Positions 51,608-64,000 of a stretch of 64,000 nucleotides of DNA are shown in pieces (the first letter of the stretch is position 1; every line of letters begins with the position of its first letter). The notes beneath the pieces were generated by a model, which was given only the letters and a program-made list of their open reading frames with translations, was not told the DNA's origin and did no database searches. The position numbers were made by a program, and so were the translations under genes. The stretch is from Takakia lepidozioides (lineage: Eukaryota > Plantae > Bryophyta). Location: the NCBI GenBank assembly GCA_030704615.1, contig CM060733.1:28148001-28212000 (forward strand), read 5' to 3'.

Positions 51608-53890
51608 ATGCTCTCTCTCTCTCTTGTTAGTAATTGTTTTGAGAGGATAGCAGGGTTGAATCATGCGGGGTTGAATGGTGGACATCAGACATGCGGAAGG
51701 GTTAGTATGTCCACCATCACCACTGTTTTTGAAAGAAGACCAAGAGGGGGAATCGCCAAGAACACTACTGGCGCTTGTGAGGATGTGAGGACACTATGTA
51801 AGGCGGGACGACTGAAAGATGCGCTTCACATTTTGAACCAACAAGGCATTGATGCAGATTTCAATACTTATGTCTGTGTCTTGCAGGAGTGCATCAACAA
51901 AAAAGGTCTAGCGGAGGGTAAGCAGGTGCACGCTCACATTATCCAAAGTGGATTCAAGCCAAACGTCTTCTTGCTCAACAAGCTTGTCAACATGTATGCC
52001 AAGTGCGGGAGTGTGGTGGATGCACGCAATTTGTTTGACAATATGCCTGAACGAGACGTGTTTGCATGGAATATAATGATAGCAGGATATGCCAAGCAGG
52101 GGTATGATAGGGAGGCCTTCAGGATCTACAAGCAAATGCAATTGGAGGGGGTGACGCCCAACGTGGTCACGTTCGTTTGCATTCTCAATGCGTGTGTAAG
52201 CCTTGGAGCTCTAGAAAAGGGCAGAGAGGTCCATGCGGACATCATCAGAGCTGGAGTTGCGCCGAATATCATTCTCGAGACTGCTATTGTTGACATGTAT
52301 GCTAAATGCGGGAGCATAAAGGATGCGCACCGAGTATTTAACCGTATGGCTCAGCGAGATGTGGTCTCATGGAGTGCAATGATCGCAGGATATGCTCAAC
52401 ATGGGTTTGGTAGTAAGGCTCTCAAGCTCTATGAGCAAATGCAAGGGGAAGGGTTAACACCTAACTGGGTCACATTCGTTTCTGTTCTTAATGCGTGTGC
52501 CAGCCTGGGAGCTCTGGGAAAGTGCAGGGAGGTCCATGCCGACATCATTAAGGCTAGAATTCCACCAAACATCATTCTTGAGACTGCCCTTGTCGACATG
52601 TATGCCAAATGCGGGTGCGTAAAAGATGCGCGTCAAGTGTTTGACAATATGGCCAAACGAGATGTGGTCTCATGGAACGCGATGATCGCTGGACATGCTG
52701 AGAATGGGTATGGTGAAGAGGCTCTCAGAATTTATGAGCAAATGCAAAGGGAAGGGCTGACGCCCAACAGGGTCACGTTCATTTGCGTTCTCAATGCATG
52801 TGGCAGCCTAGGAGCTTTGGAAAAGGGCAAAGAGATCCATGCTCACATCACGAAAGCAGGAATTGCATCAAACATCATTCTCGAGAATGCCCTTCTTGAC
52901 ATGTATGCCAAATGCGGGAGCGTGAAGGAAGCGCGGCAGGTGTTCGACAATATGCTTGAAAGAGATGTGGTTGCATGGAGTGTCATGATGGCAGGATGTG
53001 GTCAACATGGGTTTGGTAGGGATGCCCTGCAACTGTTTGAACAAATGCAACAACAAGGCTTGAAGCCAGATTGTATTGCCTTTGTATCTCTTCTCTCTGC
53101 ATGTAGCCATGTGGGCCTAGTCAATGAGGGCCGGCACTACTTTGATTGTATGAGTCGAGTTCATGGCCTCACTCCTACACTCAAGCATTTTGGCTGCATG
53201 GTGGACCTTCTTGGCCGTGCAGGACGATTTGATGAGGCGGAGGATGTCATTAACAAAATGCCGATTGAACCCGATGTATCTGTGTGGGGGGCCTTGCTTG
53301 GTGCCTGCAGAATTCATGGCAATCTGGAGGTAGCAGAACGTGCAGCAAAAGGCCTTCTCAAGAGTGATCCACAGCATGCTGGAGCTTATGTGCTGCTGTC
53401 AAACATCTATGCTGCATCTGGCAGGTGGGGTGATACTGCAAAGGTGAGAAAAATGATGGAGGAAAGAGGAATAAAAAAGATGCCAGGGCTCAGCTGCATT
53501 GAGGTATGCAACCGGGTGCATACATTTGTTGTTGAAGACAAAATGCATCCACAAATCGAGGAAATCCATGCTGAGCTGAACAGGTTATGTGGGCAGATGA
53601 AGGACGCTGGGTACGTGCCTGATACCCGCTTTGTGTTGCATGATGTGGAGGAGGAGCAAAAGGAGTTGTCTCTTTGCCACCATAGTGAGAAGCTAGCGAT
53701 TGCTTTTGGCCTCATCAGCACCCCCCCTGGGACGCCCCTTCATATCATCAAGAACCTTCGGGTATGTGGTGATTGCCATAATGCCACCAAGTTCATCTCA
53801 AAAATTGTCGGGCGAGCAATTGTTGTACGGGATGCCAACCAATTCCACCACTTTCAAGATGGGATCTGTTCTTGTGCAGATTACTGGTGA
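51608..53890 (+). CDS. PLS-class PPR protein with E and DYW deaminase domains (organellar C-to-U editing factor)
   Basis: Tandem P-L-S repeats (LVDMYAKCG, DVVSWNAMI, PNxVTF), PG box, HSEKLA, CGDCH, terminal DYW. Exact start uncertain. Confidence 0.96.
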   Translation: MLSLSLVSNCFERIAGLNHAGLNGGHQTCGRVSMSTITTVFERRPRGGIAKNTTGACEDVRTLCKAGRLKDALHILNQQGIDADFNTYVCVLQECINKKGLAEGKQVHAHIIQSGFKPNVFLLNKLVNMYAKCGSVVDARNLFDNMPERDVFAWNIMIAGYAKQGYDREAFRIYKQMQLEGVTPNVVTFVCILNACVSLGALEKGREVHADIIRAGVAPNIILETAIVDMYAKCGSIKDAHRVFNRMAQRDVVSWSAMIAGYAQHGFGSKALKLYEQMQGEGLTPNWVTFVSVLNACASLGALGKCREVHADIIKARIPPNIILETALVDMYAKCGCVKDARQVFDNMAKRDVVSWNAMIAGHAENGYGEEALRIYEQMQREGLTPNRVTFICVLNACGSLGALEKGKEIHAHITKAGIASNIILENALLDMYAKCGSVKEARQVFDNMLERDVVAWSVMMAGCGQHGFGRDALQLFEQMQQQGLKPDCIAFVSLLSACSHVGLVNEGRHYFDCMSRVHGLTPTLKHFGCMVDLLGRAGRFDEAEDVINKMPIEPDVSVWGALLGACRIHGNLEVAERAAKGLLKSDPQHAGAYVLLSNIYAASGRWGDTAKVRKMMEERGIKKMPGLSCIEVCNRVHTFVVEDKMHPQIEEIHAELNRLCGQMKDAGYVPDTRFVLHDVEEEQKELSLCHHSEKLAIAFGLISTPPGTPLHIIKNLRVCGDCHNATKFISKIVGRAIVVRDANQFHHFQDGICSCADYW

Positions 53891-56519
53891 TAGAAACATT
53901 GATGGAAGAAGGAAACTTTACAACCTCTGTAAGGGGCCGTGAGAACCCATAGGACAAAGTAAATGAACAAGAAACAACTTCAAGGAAATATCTATTGACA
54001 CCTGAAGAGGCAGTGCCGCATACTGCAACCATGGCCCCCCACATTAAGAAGTGCTCGTCTGGGAAAGCTAGTTGCAGGATCCAATGTGGTGGTATTATGT
54101 GTTGATGGGAGGCATTTAGACAGGGGATGAAACTGCTCGTGGAGGAGTGTTGTAAAGAAGCGAGGTCGAGGATTAGTAGAGACTGCATCCTTGTGAGATT
54201 CAAGAGAGGTTGTAGAGATTACTATAATTCCGGTCACGGAGATGGTGGAAATAGAGATGCGAAGACCTGTCCTGCCTTCAACAGTCCGGCTCTTGCATAG
54301 AGAAGTGGAGGCATGGAGTGATTTCCTGTCATTCTGTACATGGGTAGTCCTTGAAGCTGCCAGGGTCCTACAAAGAGTCACGAAACTTGTGATTCTCGAG
54401 TGGCTTCTTCTGCACTCACCTTCCCATGGGATAGTCCTGATTGCAGCCATGGCCAGCAATGTATACTCTCTTCTACAGCTTGTATTGAAAGCTAAGGGAA
54501 GATAATTGTTTGAGCAAGAAGCTTGCAAGGGAGGAAACAAAGGGTGCAGACCTATTGGACTCGGAAAGAGCTGTGGAGAGAGACACGCGGTTTCCCACAG
54601 CTGCACAGGTTGATTATTCTCTCGAGGGAGACAAAGAACTCTTCAAACTTACAGGGACAGGAGGCACATGACCAGCCAAGGTAAAACAAGAACAGAAAGA
54701 GGTTTTGTGTGGAGTGCTCTGAAGTTAAGGGAGGATGTACGCCACCATCTCTCCATGAATGTGCTCAAAGCAAGATTCTCGTTCTTGGACTGTGGAAGTT
54801 TTGCATGAAGTGAAGATTCCCTTGTGTGAAGACACACTCAAGGGAGCAGGAATGGAGAGAGCTCTTTAGGGAGGCAACAAGAGCTTAGACCACCAAAACA
54901 CCACATGTACTAGGGCCTCAAGCTTGTGGATGTCAGTGCCAAGTAAATAAATTTGCCATCAAGAGGATTATTGTTTGTGCATGAGAGTGACGTAGATGTT
55001 CAGTAGATCACGTTTGTTGTAGTCCTCTGCTGTGCCCGGTCCAATGATTGGGTCTACATGCCTAAGACCCAGTTTGTGAATGTTGTCTATAGTAACATTG
55101 TGGTTGGTGAGAATGGTTGATCTTTCAGATCGGAGAGCCAAAATGGCATGCTTAGCCGGCTTAGCTAGCTCAAGATTCCGATTGCAAAAACTTGTGTTGT
55201 ATAAATTTTGTTATAAATGAAATGGTTTCCAAATGTTGTGCCTCCTATTTAGTTTGGAATGGTGATGCATGGTTGGCTAGTGTGTAGAATGCATGCTAGC
55301 TTACAAAAGTGGGAGAGGTAAATTGGATTAATCGTGTGTTTGCGTAGTGTCGAAATCGGGTGACTCCCATCCAAGGGGCAAGGAAACTTGCGCCTTCTTT
55401 GGGAGTTTACGTGCTAGTACGCACTTGGCGCGTGCGTGTACTATAACTGCGCTACTAAGGGGGTTGCCTTGTAGTGCGGGCTAACGCGGAAGCTACGTGC
55501 TTCCGTTCACGTACTATAATCGCGTAGCCTCGAAACGAAGTCGTAGTGCGACTTCGGCGTGTTCCCCTACCTCAAACCAGCATTCCAAGGCGGACCCAAT
55601 TGTAGTGATTGGGGCGCATGGTTCGTTCAAGGGTATCTTCCTAGTCAAAAAAAGTTCAAGGTGAACCCTTGCTCAAGATGATGCCAAAAGCGGCATCATG
55701 AGCGGTCGCAAACAATGTTGTTGCAGTAAGGCGATTCGATCCTGGGGGAGTATCGTTCCTTGGCCTTGAAGTAGGCCAAGAAGAGTGCACTGGGTGGAGC
55801 TTGAGAGGCTCCATTCTTGGCCGGGACTTGGATGAAGTCGGCCGAACTAGCTAGTGGAGAGTGGAGAGAAGATACGACAGCTGCAGATATGATGTGAAGG
55901 TAACTGTTGGGGTACCATAAAGGCGGTTCAACAAGCACGAGCATTGCCACCAGAAGAGTCCTGGTGGACTGGAAGCTTTGCAAGAAAGCAGGATACTTCC
56001 CAGGCATAGTAATAGGGGGCAAGCGATATGGAAGTAACGTTAGCAGAAGGGACTTTCGACTACAGCAGGGATGCTACTAGAAGCATGTCTGACAGGTAAT
56101 CCAACTTCATCATATAATGGTTGGTGACTGATGTTTGCTTACCAGGGTGTTGTCTTTTTTGTTGCTGTCAGGGTGCTCAGCGTTCTTCATGAAAGACCTG
56201 CAGTGTCCAGCCTAGAGAGAGCTGACTGGTAAATTAGGACAAAATGCATTTTCCTGTTGTGTGCATATGTTCAGGAAAGATTATGAATTGATGGTAGGTG
56301 TGAAAGTAGTACCCGAGTGGAAGAGCTCAAATACTACCGGGGCTCTAAGGAGCGCGGGGAGTCTTAACAAGCGAGTGACGGAAGGTAGTTATAGTAACAG
56401 TTGTCTGGATATGTACAAAGTGGAGAAGCAAGAAATGTGGTCATTGACTTTTCTGAAAGCCTCAAGCTGCCTACACATATGTATCCTTGACTGTATCCTT
56501 GATGAGAAATAAAAAGACA

Positions 56520-56935
56520 TCGAAAGTGGGTGATACTACAAAGGTGAGAAAAGAATGATGAAGGAAAGAGGTATCAAATGTATGCAAGAGTGCAGCTGTA
56601 TTGAGGTGTTCTGACGGGTGCATACGTTTGTTGTCGAAGCCAAATTGCATCCACGAATGGAGGAAATCCAGTGGAGCTGAACAAAATTCGGGGCAGATGA
56701 AGGAGGCCGCGCACATACCTGACACCCGTTTTGTGTTGCACAATGTGAGGTGCAGAAGGAATTTTCCCTTTGCCACCACACTGACAAACTAGTGATGGTT
56801 TGTGGCCTTGTCAGCGCACCCCCTGAGACCCCCCATCCATGTCATCAAGAACCTTCGGGTATGTGATGATTGCCGTAACGCCACCAAGTTCATCTGAAAA
56901 CTGGTCAAGCAAGCAATTGTTGTACGGGATATCAA
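56520..56935 (+). pseudogene. E+/DYW domain pseudogene fragment
   Basis: Colinear with 53425-53840 (GDTTKVRK, HTFVVE, GQMKEA.HIPDTRFVLH, IKNLRVCDDCRNATKFI*), with frameshifts and stops. Confidence 0.88.
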
Positions 56936-57967
56936 ACAACGCCTTAAGACGAGTGCCTCAAAAGAGGGGACACTCAAGAGCATATGGCACAAAGTAAAAC
57001 CACAAGACAAGTGTAAGACAACAATATAACAACAGACAGTGTACCTGGAAATAGTCTTACATGGACAGTCTATGAAGAAGCCTTATTTCAGAGGATTTGT
57101 TGACACAAAACAACAGCAGTTCTAATGAGAAGAAAGATAAAGAAGTTTGGACAAATGCATTACCAAAGCATCACAGAAAACTAAACTGTCCTTTGGAGTG
57201 ATTGAGGACACCCAAACACCTTGAGACATGAATTTTCACCCATATGCTTCCCTTCAAACCTCTTGAGCTTCCTAATGCTCTCCAAATGCTTGCCCTTGTT
57301 TATGTACACGAATTCCAGTTGTGCGGTTGCGGCGCCTAGTTAGTAAACAACTATTCATTTGCGTGTACTCAAAATTCAAAATGAACTCAACATGATTGGC
57401 ATAAACAAATAGGATCTCCACGTTTTGGAATGATCAAGCATGGCAGGGATGCAATGGGCAACCCGAGTAATCCATATGAAGAATCAGATATGGTTGCAGA
57501 CCACTGACTCGAAATTGATAACTGAATAGTTGTGACTCATACCTCACCAGACACAAACAGGAGAGCTAATTTGAACTAGGTAACAAGTTGATCATCTAAC
57601 TAGGAATTATCTTTGGTTGTAGAAAAGCAATTTGTGCATAATGCTTAGTACTATTGATTTAGGCAGTCATCAGTTCTTACCTTGCTTTATGATAACTATT
57701 TGCTGTTTCTGTACAGTACTTGTATAGGTGGCGCATGAGCTGTGCATTAGAGGTGGATGCATGGAATAGAGATCTCGTCTAAACCATAGATGAAAGACCG
57801 GGGTAAGGGGTAAACCTAAACCCACCTCGGGTTTTAGTCGACCAAAGTGCAGTGTTGCAGAGGGTTACAAATTTCCTTGGAAGACATGGCGGACGCCTTG
57901 GCGACATCACTCTGCATCGCCCCCAATTAGGTTATGAGGGCTCTCTTACTGATCCATTCAAAAGTTG

Positions 57968-59976
57968 ATGCTCATGGCATCCACGTCTGCCTCAGAGGCA
58001 GCTCCTGCTGTCGTGGGGCAGTCAACAGCTGCTCCGGAGGCAACCCAATTAAGGTTGCCCACACATGAGGAAATCCGCGCGCAGGAGGTGTTCAACAATT
58101 GCGCAGTTCGAACGGTCGTCAGTGGTGTGATGGGTATGTCGTAGCTTCTTGTAATTTATTCGTAGCATATGTCACCATCTCTTATATCTTATTTGTTTGC
58201 GCTCTGGCGCATTTTAGACGCTGCTCTATCAGATGACCTGATGAAACAGGATGCAAGTGATTCGTCTCTGAAGCCTAGACCACTTGCGTAAATTTCCCAA
58301 TCTGCACTAGACCCAGAACTGCGCTTGAATGTGTTGTAAGCATGTCACGAGATGTTGAACATTCTGTGTTTGCACGGTGGCAGACTTTTCGATTTTTCTT
58401 GAAGCTCTCTCTGAATCTCACTCTCAGAGATACACAACCAACACGGTGCGAATGTTTCATGTCTGAAGCATAGATTATTTTTGTAAGTTTCTGAATCTCA
58501 TAAACCCTAAAATGCTCAAAATCCAGGTGGAGGGATGGGAGTGCTCATGGGTATGTTGTTTGGGGCACTCGATACGCCGCTCCACGCAGAGCAAATGACA
58601 GCCCGTCAGCATGTGGTTCACGCAGCCCGAACAATGGGCTCCAAGAGCATGCAAATGGCTAAGGCTTTTGCTGTCATGGGTGCCATTTTTTCAGGCACCG
58701 AATGTCTAATAGAGAAGGTATGGTTTCCAGAACCGATCAGTTCAGACTCTGGTCTCTTTTGAATTACTTTCTTGAAGGGCAAGGTTGCTTTGTAGAGAAC
58801 CCTTCGATCTATTAGGGTTGTTGTGAGTTAGATCAATTTGACTCACATCACTAATTGCTCTTGGAAATGGTGCATGGCAGATAGGTGTCCCTACCAAGTA
58901 ACAAATGTAATCACTTGGCTATCACTTACCTATCAGTTCTGTTGTGCATGATTTGTAGTCTACAACACTAAGCAGATAGAAAAGAGTAATTCTCTTGCTG
59001 GTTGATTACAATGGCAGGCTAGGGCAAAGCATGATGTCACCAACACAGTTGTTGCTGGCTGTGTGACTGGTGGCGCATTGTCGGCTAGAGGTAGGCCGTT
59101 TTTGTCCTCATTTTCTTTGATTTGTACTGTTCATGCTCCCAAGAGACAGAGCTTTAGTTAAAGTGTAGGATAATCTGAAGTGCCTGCCTACCTACCCCTG
59201 GCAATAGACTGAAACTTAAACTCAGGGCAAGGAGTACACGTTTGAAGTCTTTGAACAATAAACAGATTCAGAGAGAATATAGTCCCTGCACCTCTGCACA
59301 TCAACTGTGAAGATCTCGAGGCTGGGCCTTAAGTCCTGGCCCTCTTGGAGTCTAATTGTTGGAGTCTCTGTCTCTCTGTCTCTCTCTTTCTGTGCCTATT
59401 CCTCCAAACTGGGCGTGGGGTCTATGGCCAGAAGATATGGCGAACAAAGTCTTATGAGTACATTCTCTCTCCATGCCTGAAGACAATTATCCATTTTTGA
59501 TACATTGTCCTGGGTGTTCTCACCAGAGAGTGACCCTCTGGAGGCACATCAAGAGCATTGTTCCTGCACCTCTAGTCACCAACTTTGAAAATCTTGAGGC
59601 TGAGCCTAAATCCTTCGCCCTGTTGGGTCTAGGTGCTAGGCAGCTCACAGACAGCAGATTGATGCTTGTGTGAAGGGCTTTCTAGAGGATGTCTGGAAAG
59701 CCCGAACTAATTGTTTATACCAAGGTAAGTCCCACTAGCGGAGTGAGCCCCTCACAAGTGTCTGTTCCCTTTTGTTCTGCCCAAACTGGGCATGATGTCT
59801 ATGGGCATAAGGCTACGGCAAACGTCTCATGAGTACATTCCCTCTCTCTCTCTCTCTCACGCAAAGATTGTGGGATTGTGCTGGGTGCAGCTGGTCCACA
59901 GGCAGCGTGTCTTGGATGCGCTGGCTTTGCCACATTTTCTGTTCTAATTGAGAAGATCTTTGATCGGCATGAATGA
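57968..59976 (+). CDS. TIM22: Mitochondrial import inner membrane translocase subunit TIM22, 4 exons
   Basis: Exons 57968 (or 57974)-58133, 58527-58717, 59018-59090, 59891-59976. EEIRAQEVFNNCAVR, FAVMGAIFSGTECLIEKARAKHD..N..VAGCVTGG, GPQAACLGCAGFATFS. Confidence 0.93.
59400..59860 (+). mobile_element. 5'-truncated (CT)n-tailed LINE fragment in TIM22 intron 3
   Basis: PEDNYPFLIHCPG...KGFLEDVWKAR; same 3'-end motif and (CT)n tail as the HDA14 intron copies. Confidence 0.75.
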
Positions 59977-61541
59977 AATTCAATCGGATGTCACTGATAG
60001 CTTTGATGGTTTCACAGGAGGTGTGAAATATTTCTACAGCTCTTGTGAAACGGTTAAAGTATTAGGCAATTTTGTGTCCCATAACATGAATTCTTACGGT
60101 GGCCTGTTCAATCATAGTTTCACAATTAGCTCCTGCTTGATATCTGCTCTTGTTAGGTTGCAGAGAGTATCGGGTTGTCAAGGTTTGTTGAGCAACCATT
60201 TGGAAGGTGAAGCTGGAGTAGTACTAGGAGGGTAGTGACTGTAATTAGCCCACAATTGTGGGGACTTGAGTGAAGTTACACGCCAATAGTTTCCTCTTAG
60301 GTTTGATAGTGCAATAGTCCTCCAGAGAACACTACAGTGCTCTCTGGCAGTCACATGGAATTTGGTCAGCCTGAAGAAGAATTGCACAGAATTTGTTCTT
60401 ACTGAGTGAGTTCAATTGTGCAACTTGTTCCATGTCTAGCTGTGAGCATGTATCTGTTTAAATGTGATGGGGAAATTTGCTTTCAGGTAGTGGATTATGG
60501 GTTTAGCGAGATAGGAGCTTGTGTTGGTGTTTAAGAATGTCTGTGGATGGTGTGTTTAATCTCCCGTCGATAGAGGATGACTTCCAAGCATGTAGCCAAA
60601 AGGTCTCTGCCTCTTTTAATTTCAGAGTCCTCTTCAACCAAAACTGCCATTTATACTACAGTGAAACCTCACACTATACTGGGTTGTATGGCTACAAGCT
60701 TATGTTGCATGGTCGTCTCTATGAAGTGTTTTTCTATGACATGGATGCATGGAGACAGCATTTCCCATGGATCAGAAATGATTCACAGGTGTTGTTAGAG
60801 GAAAATAGTAGGCAGCTTTGTACTTTGCCACCTACATATCTCAGCGTCACCACTACAAAGAGGCCTTGGCTCTATTCTGTTTTCTCACCTCTGTTTCATT
60901 GTTTCCTTCCCGGTTGGCTCCACGGTTTCAAATCACTAGTGTCAATGGCTTAGGTCTCTAGTCTCCAGGGTAGGAAATTACAACAATGCTATTTAAAAAA
61001 AAAAAAGGGAAACACCTGGGAGTGACGCCAATGTTGATAGTTGCAGGCAATGATATCATGAACCCTCTGGTTCTCTCTGAAAATGATTAATCTACTCAGA
61101 ATCGCATTGGTTTCTTTTAGGGTTCTTGGGTTGTGGCATTATTTTGTGACCGTCATGGAATTTTCAACCACCCATGTGTGATGTAACCAATTCGATCAGG
61201 TTCTACTTCATCCTCACCATCTCCAACTTTATTTGCTATTTTGGTCCAAGATATAAGATACCGGATTGTCTGTTTAGCTTCAGAATTCTTGCCGATAAGG
61301 AAGGCTCTTTAGGAAGGCTCTTTAGGCATTCTTCATCTCTATCCCATCTATAATCCTGCCATCCATATCAGAGTACATAGATCAACATTGTCAAAAGAGA
61401 AACTTGTGTGAGGCACATGGTTTCTTTACATGATTTTGAGGATAGGAGGATCAGTGCATTGACTTATGACCTAGATCAAGACTCACCAAACAATGCAAGA
61501 AAATGGAAGACGAAGGTTCCAACATGTGGTCATCCATGTAG

Positions 61542-61640
61542 GAGAGAGAGAGAGAGAGAATACTTACTCTGAAGACGTTTGCCGCAGCCTTGTAGCCATA
61601 GACCGCACACAGAACAAGAGGGAGAGAGAGAGAGAGAGAA
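61542..61640 (-). repeat. Short 3'-end copy of the (CT)n-tailed LINE between two GA tracts
   Basis: Reverse complement GGTCTATGGCTACAAGGCTGCGGCAAACGTCTT...TATT(CT)n. Confidence 0.65.
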
Positions 61641-64000
61641 GTTTGTCAAATTAATAGGTTAACGGTATTTTTCATCGCAGGGCTCCAGAGGGTCAAGGGG
61701 AGGTGGCAGCCCATCCTTGGCCAAGAGTTCAGCATACTACTGCAGTATCCTTGTCCTTGGCAACCCGCAGCATTTTTGTGGCCTCTTCCTCAGTGAATTG
61801 ATTTCCTTAGGACCTCATTACTTTCTGAGAGCAGATTGCCACCAGCAGTTAAAATGGGTCAGTCTGCAGTCGGTGGTGAGTTCATTATTTGAAAAGAGAA
61901 AGCTTTGAATATGAGATCTCTCCTCTCCTTTTCCTCCTAAGATTTGCATTATGAAATGCTGGGCTATCGCTCTCTTCCTCATGTCCAGGGGTCAATCTCA
62001 CCTTTAAGACATCTGCGTCTCTGCGTCCGTCACGAGTTGTTTCCCGCTTACAAGCTGCAGAGCAAAACACAGTTTCATGATCTTACTGTGGGATTTTCCA
62101 CATACATATACTTTTAAACAATCTGGACCTTAGGGGTCAAACATACCAACCTGCCTAGGTTCACCCCTGAAATTGCAAGGAGAAAAGTACACCGAGAGGG
62201 TGGGGGAGGATGTGGTGTCTGGGAAAGAGATTCTCATTCCAATGTAATACTAGACATTGATCGGGCTCCAGTATATAACTCCTCAGTACAAGACTGCCAT
62301 TGCTCTATCACAGCCAATTACAGAGACTGTGGTTTACTCTACTCAGGCCTTCGAATTGAGGCCAGCAGGGACATCATGGATTCACTTGTTTGGGTTTCAT
62401 TTGCTAAAGTACTACATCATCTGAAATCTTACAAGCAATGCTTCAAGAATTTTCGCCTTGGGGTTGCGCTTAAAAGCAGCAGGCTCAAAAAAAAGGCAGC
62501 CCTCACTCTCTCCAAAGGGTCAAAAAACTTTTCGTAATCTGAAGGGTTGATCCTTTGCTCCCGTGCATGGCACTAAATGAAACGCCTGGCTGTCTCAGGT
62601 GAATTTGTGTGATACTCTCTCTGTCTGAACTCTCTGGGATCCCTTCCAGGGGACGAGTTTCTTTCCTCTTTCTTTCTAATGTCTGCACATCTCAAATTTC
62701 CTACTGAATCCGATTAATTGATTGAGGGCCTAAGCTTGTTCCAATGTATGCAGGCAAGGTATAAGGAGGTGACTTCAACAACGAGACTTCATTTTGCATA
62801 TGACAACTTCGAGCAAAGGGTGTTCGAGTAAAACTAGTGTCCAGACCAGGGGATCAACTCATCCAATCATCCAATTGATAAGTTCACCCTTAGGAATTGA
62901 GGCGTATTGTGAGAGAAACATGCAGACATTTGTAGCGAGTTTTTCGACTTGTTCATCTGTGGGATTGAAGGCTAAAGAGCGCAGCATCGGTGCCACACCC
63001 TGCACCACAACCAAAATTGCCAGTTCAGACATGAGCAAAGATCACTACACTGTAGCAGTAGACAAATTGATATGCTTCGAACAGTGAACGACACTGTCAT
63101 GTGTAATTATTTCCAACACTCAGCTTTACACTATGCCTTCCTTCTTTATCAGTACTTAGAGCTCTCATAACGGACCAGATTTTAGTCATCTTTGCAAAAA
63201 CACTATCTGAAAGGGGTATCGAAACCAGGCCTGGTCACTTGGGAATTCTATGTGCTGACATGCATGTTCTAGCCTCTCCCCAGTAGTTGCAAAACATTGT
63301 TGAAGTAATAAGCATGAACCATATAAATAGAGACTCGCTCCTCAAATTTTTAACCCTTTACAATAGCAAACAAATGTCAGTTTTGTCCCTGGAGATGGTA
63401 CTAGATGATGCAAGATATGATCCTCAGTCATTCAGGCTCGTCCCTGGGATGACTGAGAGCTTGTCATTGATGTCGTCATTGTAGCAATCTTACCAGCATT
63501 TAGGGCAGTTAGTACTTGCCCAGCCACAGACTCTGGAGGCTTAAAAATGGGGTGGATCCATCTCTGAAAAATTTAGCTTTGCCATTCATCACTCATGAGG
63601 TTTGCTTTGAGGCTGAACCTTCTCATACTAAGGTTCACATCATGTACAACTGTACAAATGCCTTTCTTAGCAAACATAAGGTTTTGGTTAGTTTGAGTAA
63701 GAGGCTGGCTGGCTATCTTTCAAAAACATTTTCTTTAGTTCAGAGTTTTGGACCTGACTTTTATACAGACCTCCTCAATTTGCCAATGAAGTTTGCTCCA
63801 AACTTGCCATCATTGGACTGGATATCTAGACTTGCACATAAACTGTCCATTTAACCACAGTTAAAAGATACGGAAACTTGGAAAAGGAATAATGAATCAT
63901 ACTAACTTCTCTTGAAGCTCGGTTTTCTTCTTCGCACCTTTCCTGATAAAAAGAGGGAAAGTCTTTTGCAAAATCTGCTGCATGTGTGGGATAACAGGGA

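Noticed and set aside
52000-53100. ~300-bp tandem nucleotide repeats
   Set aside because: These are the P-L-S triplets of the PPR gene.
53992-56022. ORFs 53992-54606 (-) and 55696-56022 (-) as genes
   Set aside because: No recognisable motifs or splice structure; probably decayed repeat sequence.
57805-57840. Telomerase-RNA-like or telomeric motif (CCTAAACCC)
   Set aside because: A single short telo-box-like word in the TIM22 promoter; insufficient evidence.
59670-59710. Hammerhead-like hairpin GGGCTTTC...GAAAGCCC in the intronic repeats
   Set aside because: The CUGAnGA/GAAA core is incomplete, the segment is coding (KGFLEDVWKAR), and the pairing is not kept in other copies.
61700-63860. 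Possible minus-strand gene or pseudogene
   Set aside because: The composition is coding-like, but stops are frequent in all frames and no domain is identifiable, so a call cannot be supported.

Overview
Eukaryotic nuclear DNA from a land plant, probably a non-seed plant; this is inferred from the PLS-DYW PPR gene, HDA14, GH9B, Tcn1-like Gypsy and piggyBac remnant. The first ~27 kb is a nest of retroelements: the 3' part of a degenerate L1-type LINE with a poly(A) tail (1-3939), then a second LINE split by an AT-rich insert. That insert contains a deleted Ty1/Copia element (6648-22327), which is interrupted inside its RT gene by a 12.2-kb Ty3/Gypsy element (7701-19869). The Gypsy element is the main discovery. 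Its pol carries a DNMT3-like C5-cytosine methyltransferase between protease and RT, and its integrase ends in a PHD finger. It also has an extra 249-aa ORF upstream of gag, a tRNA-independent self-priming PBS, and split, circularly permuted LTRs (B-internal-A-B-A). These LTRs look like a 2-LTR circle opened at an internal palindrome and inserted with a 4-bp TSD. The right half holds host genes (GH9 endoglucanase, HDA14, an O-methyltransferase, a PPR-DYW editing factor, TIM22), B3 and DYW pseudogenes, several small transposon relics and an unexplained, highly structured CpG-rich segment. All calls come from reading motifs by eye; no database searches were run.
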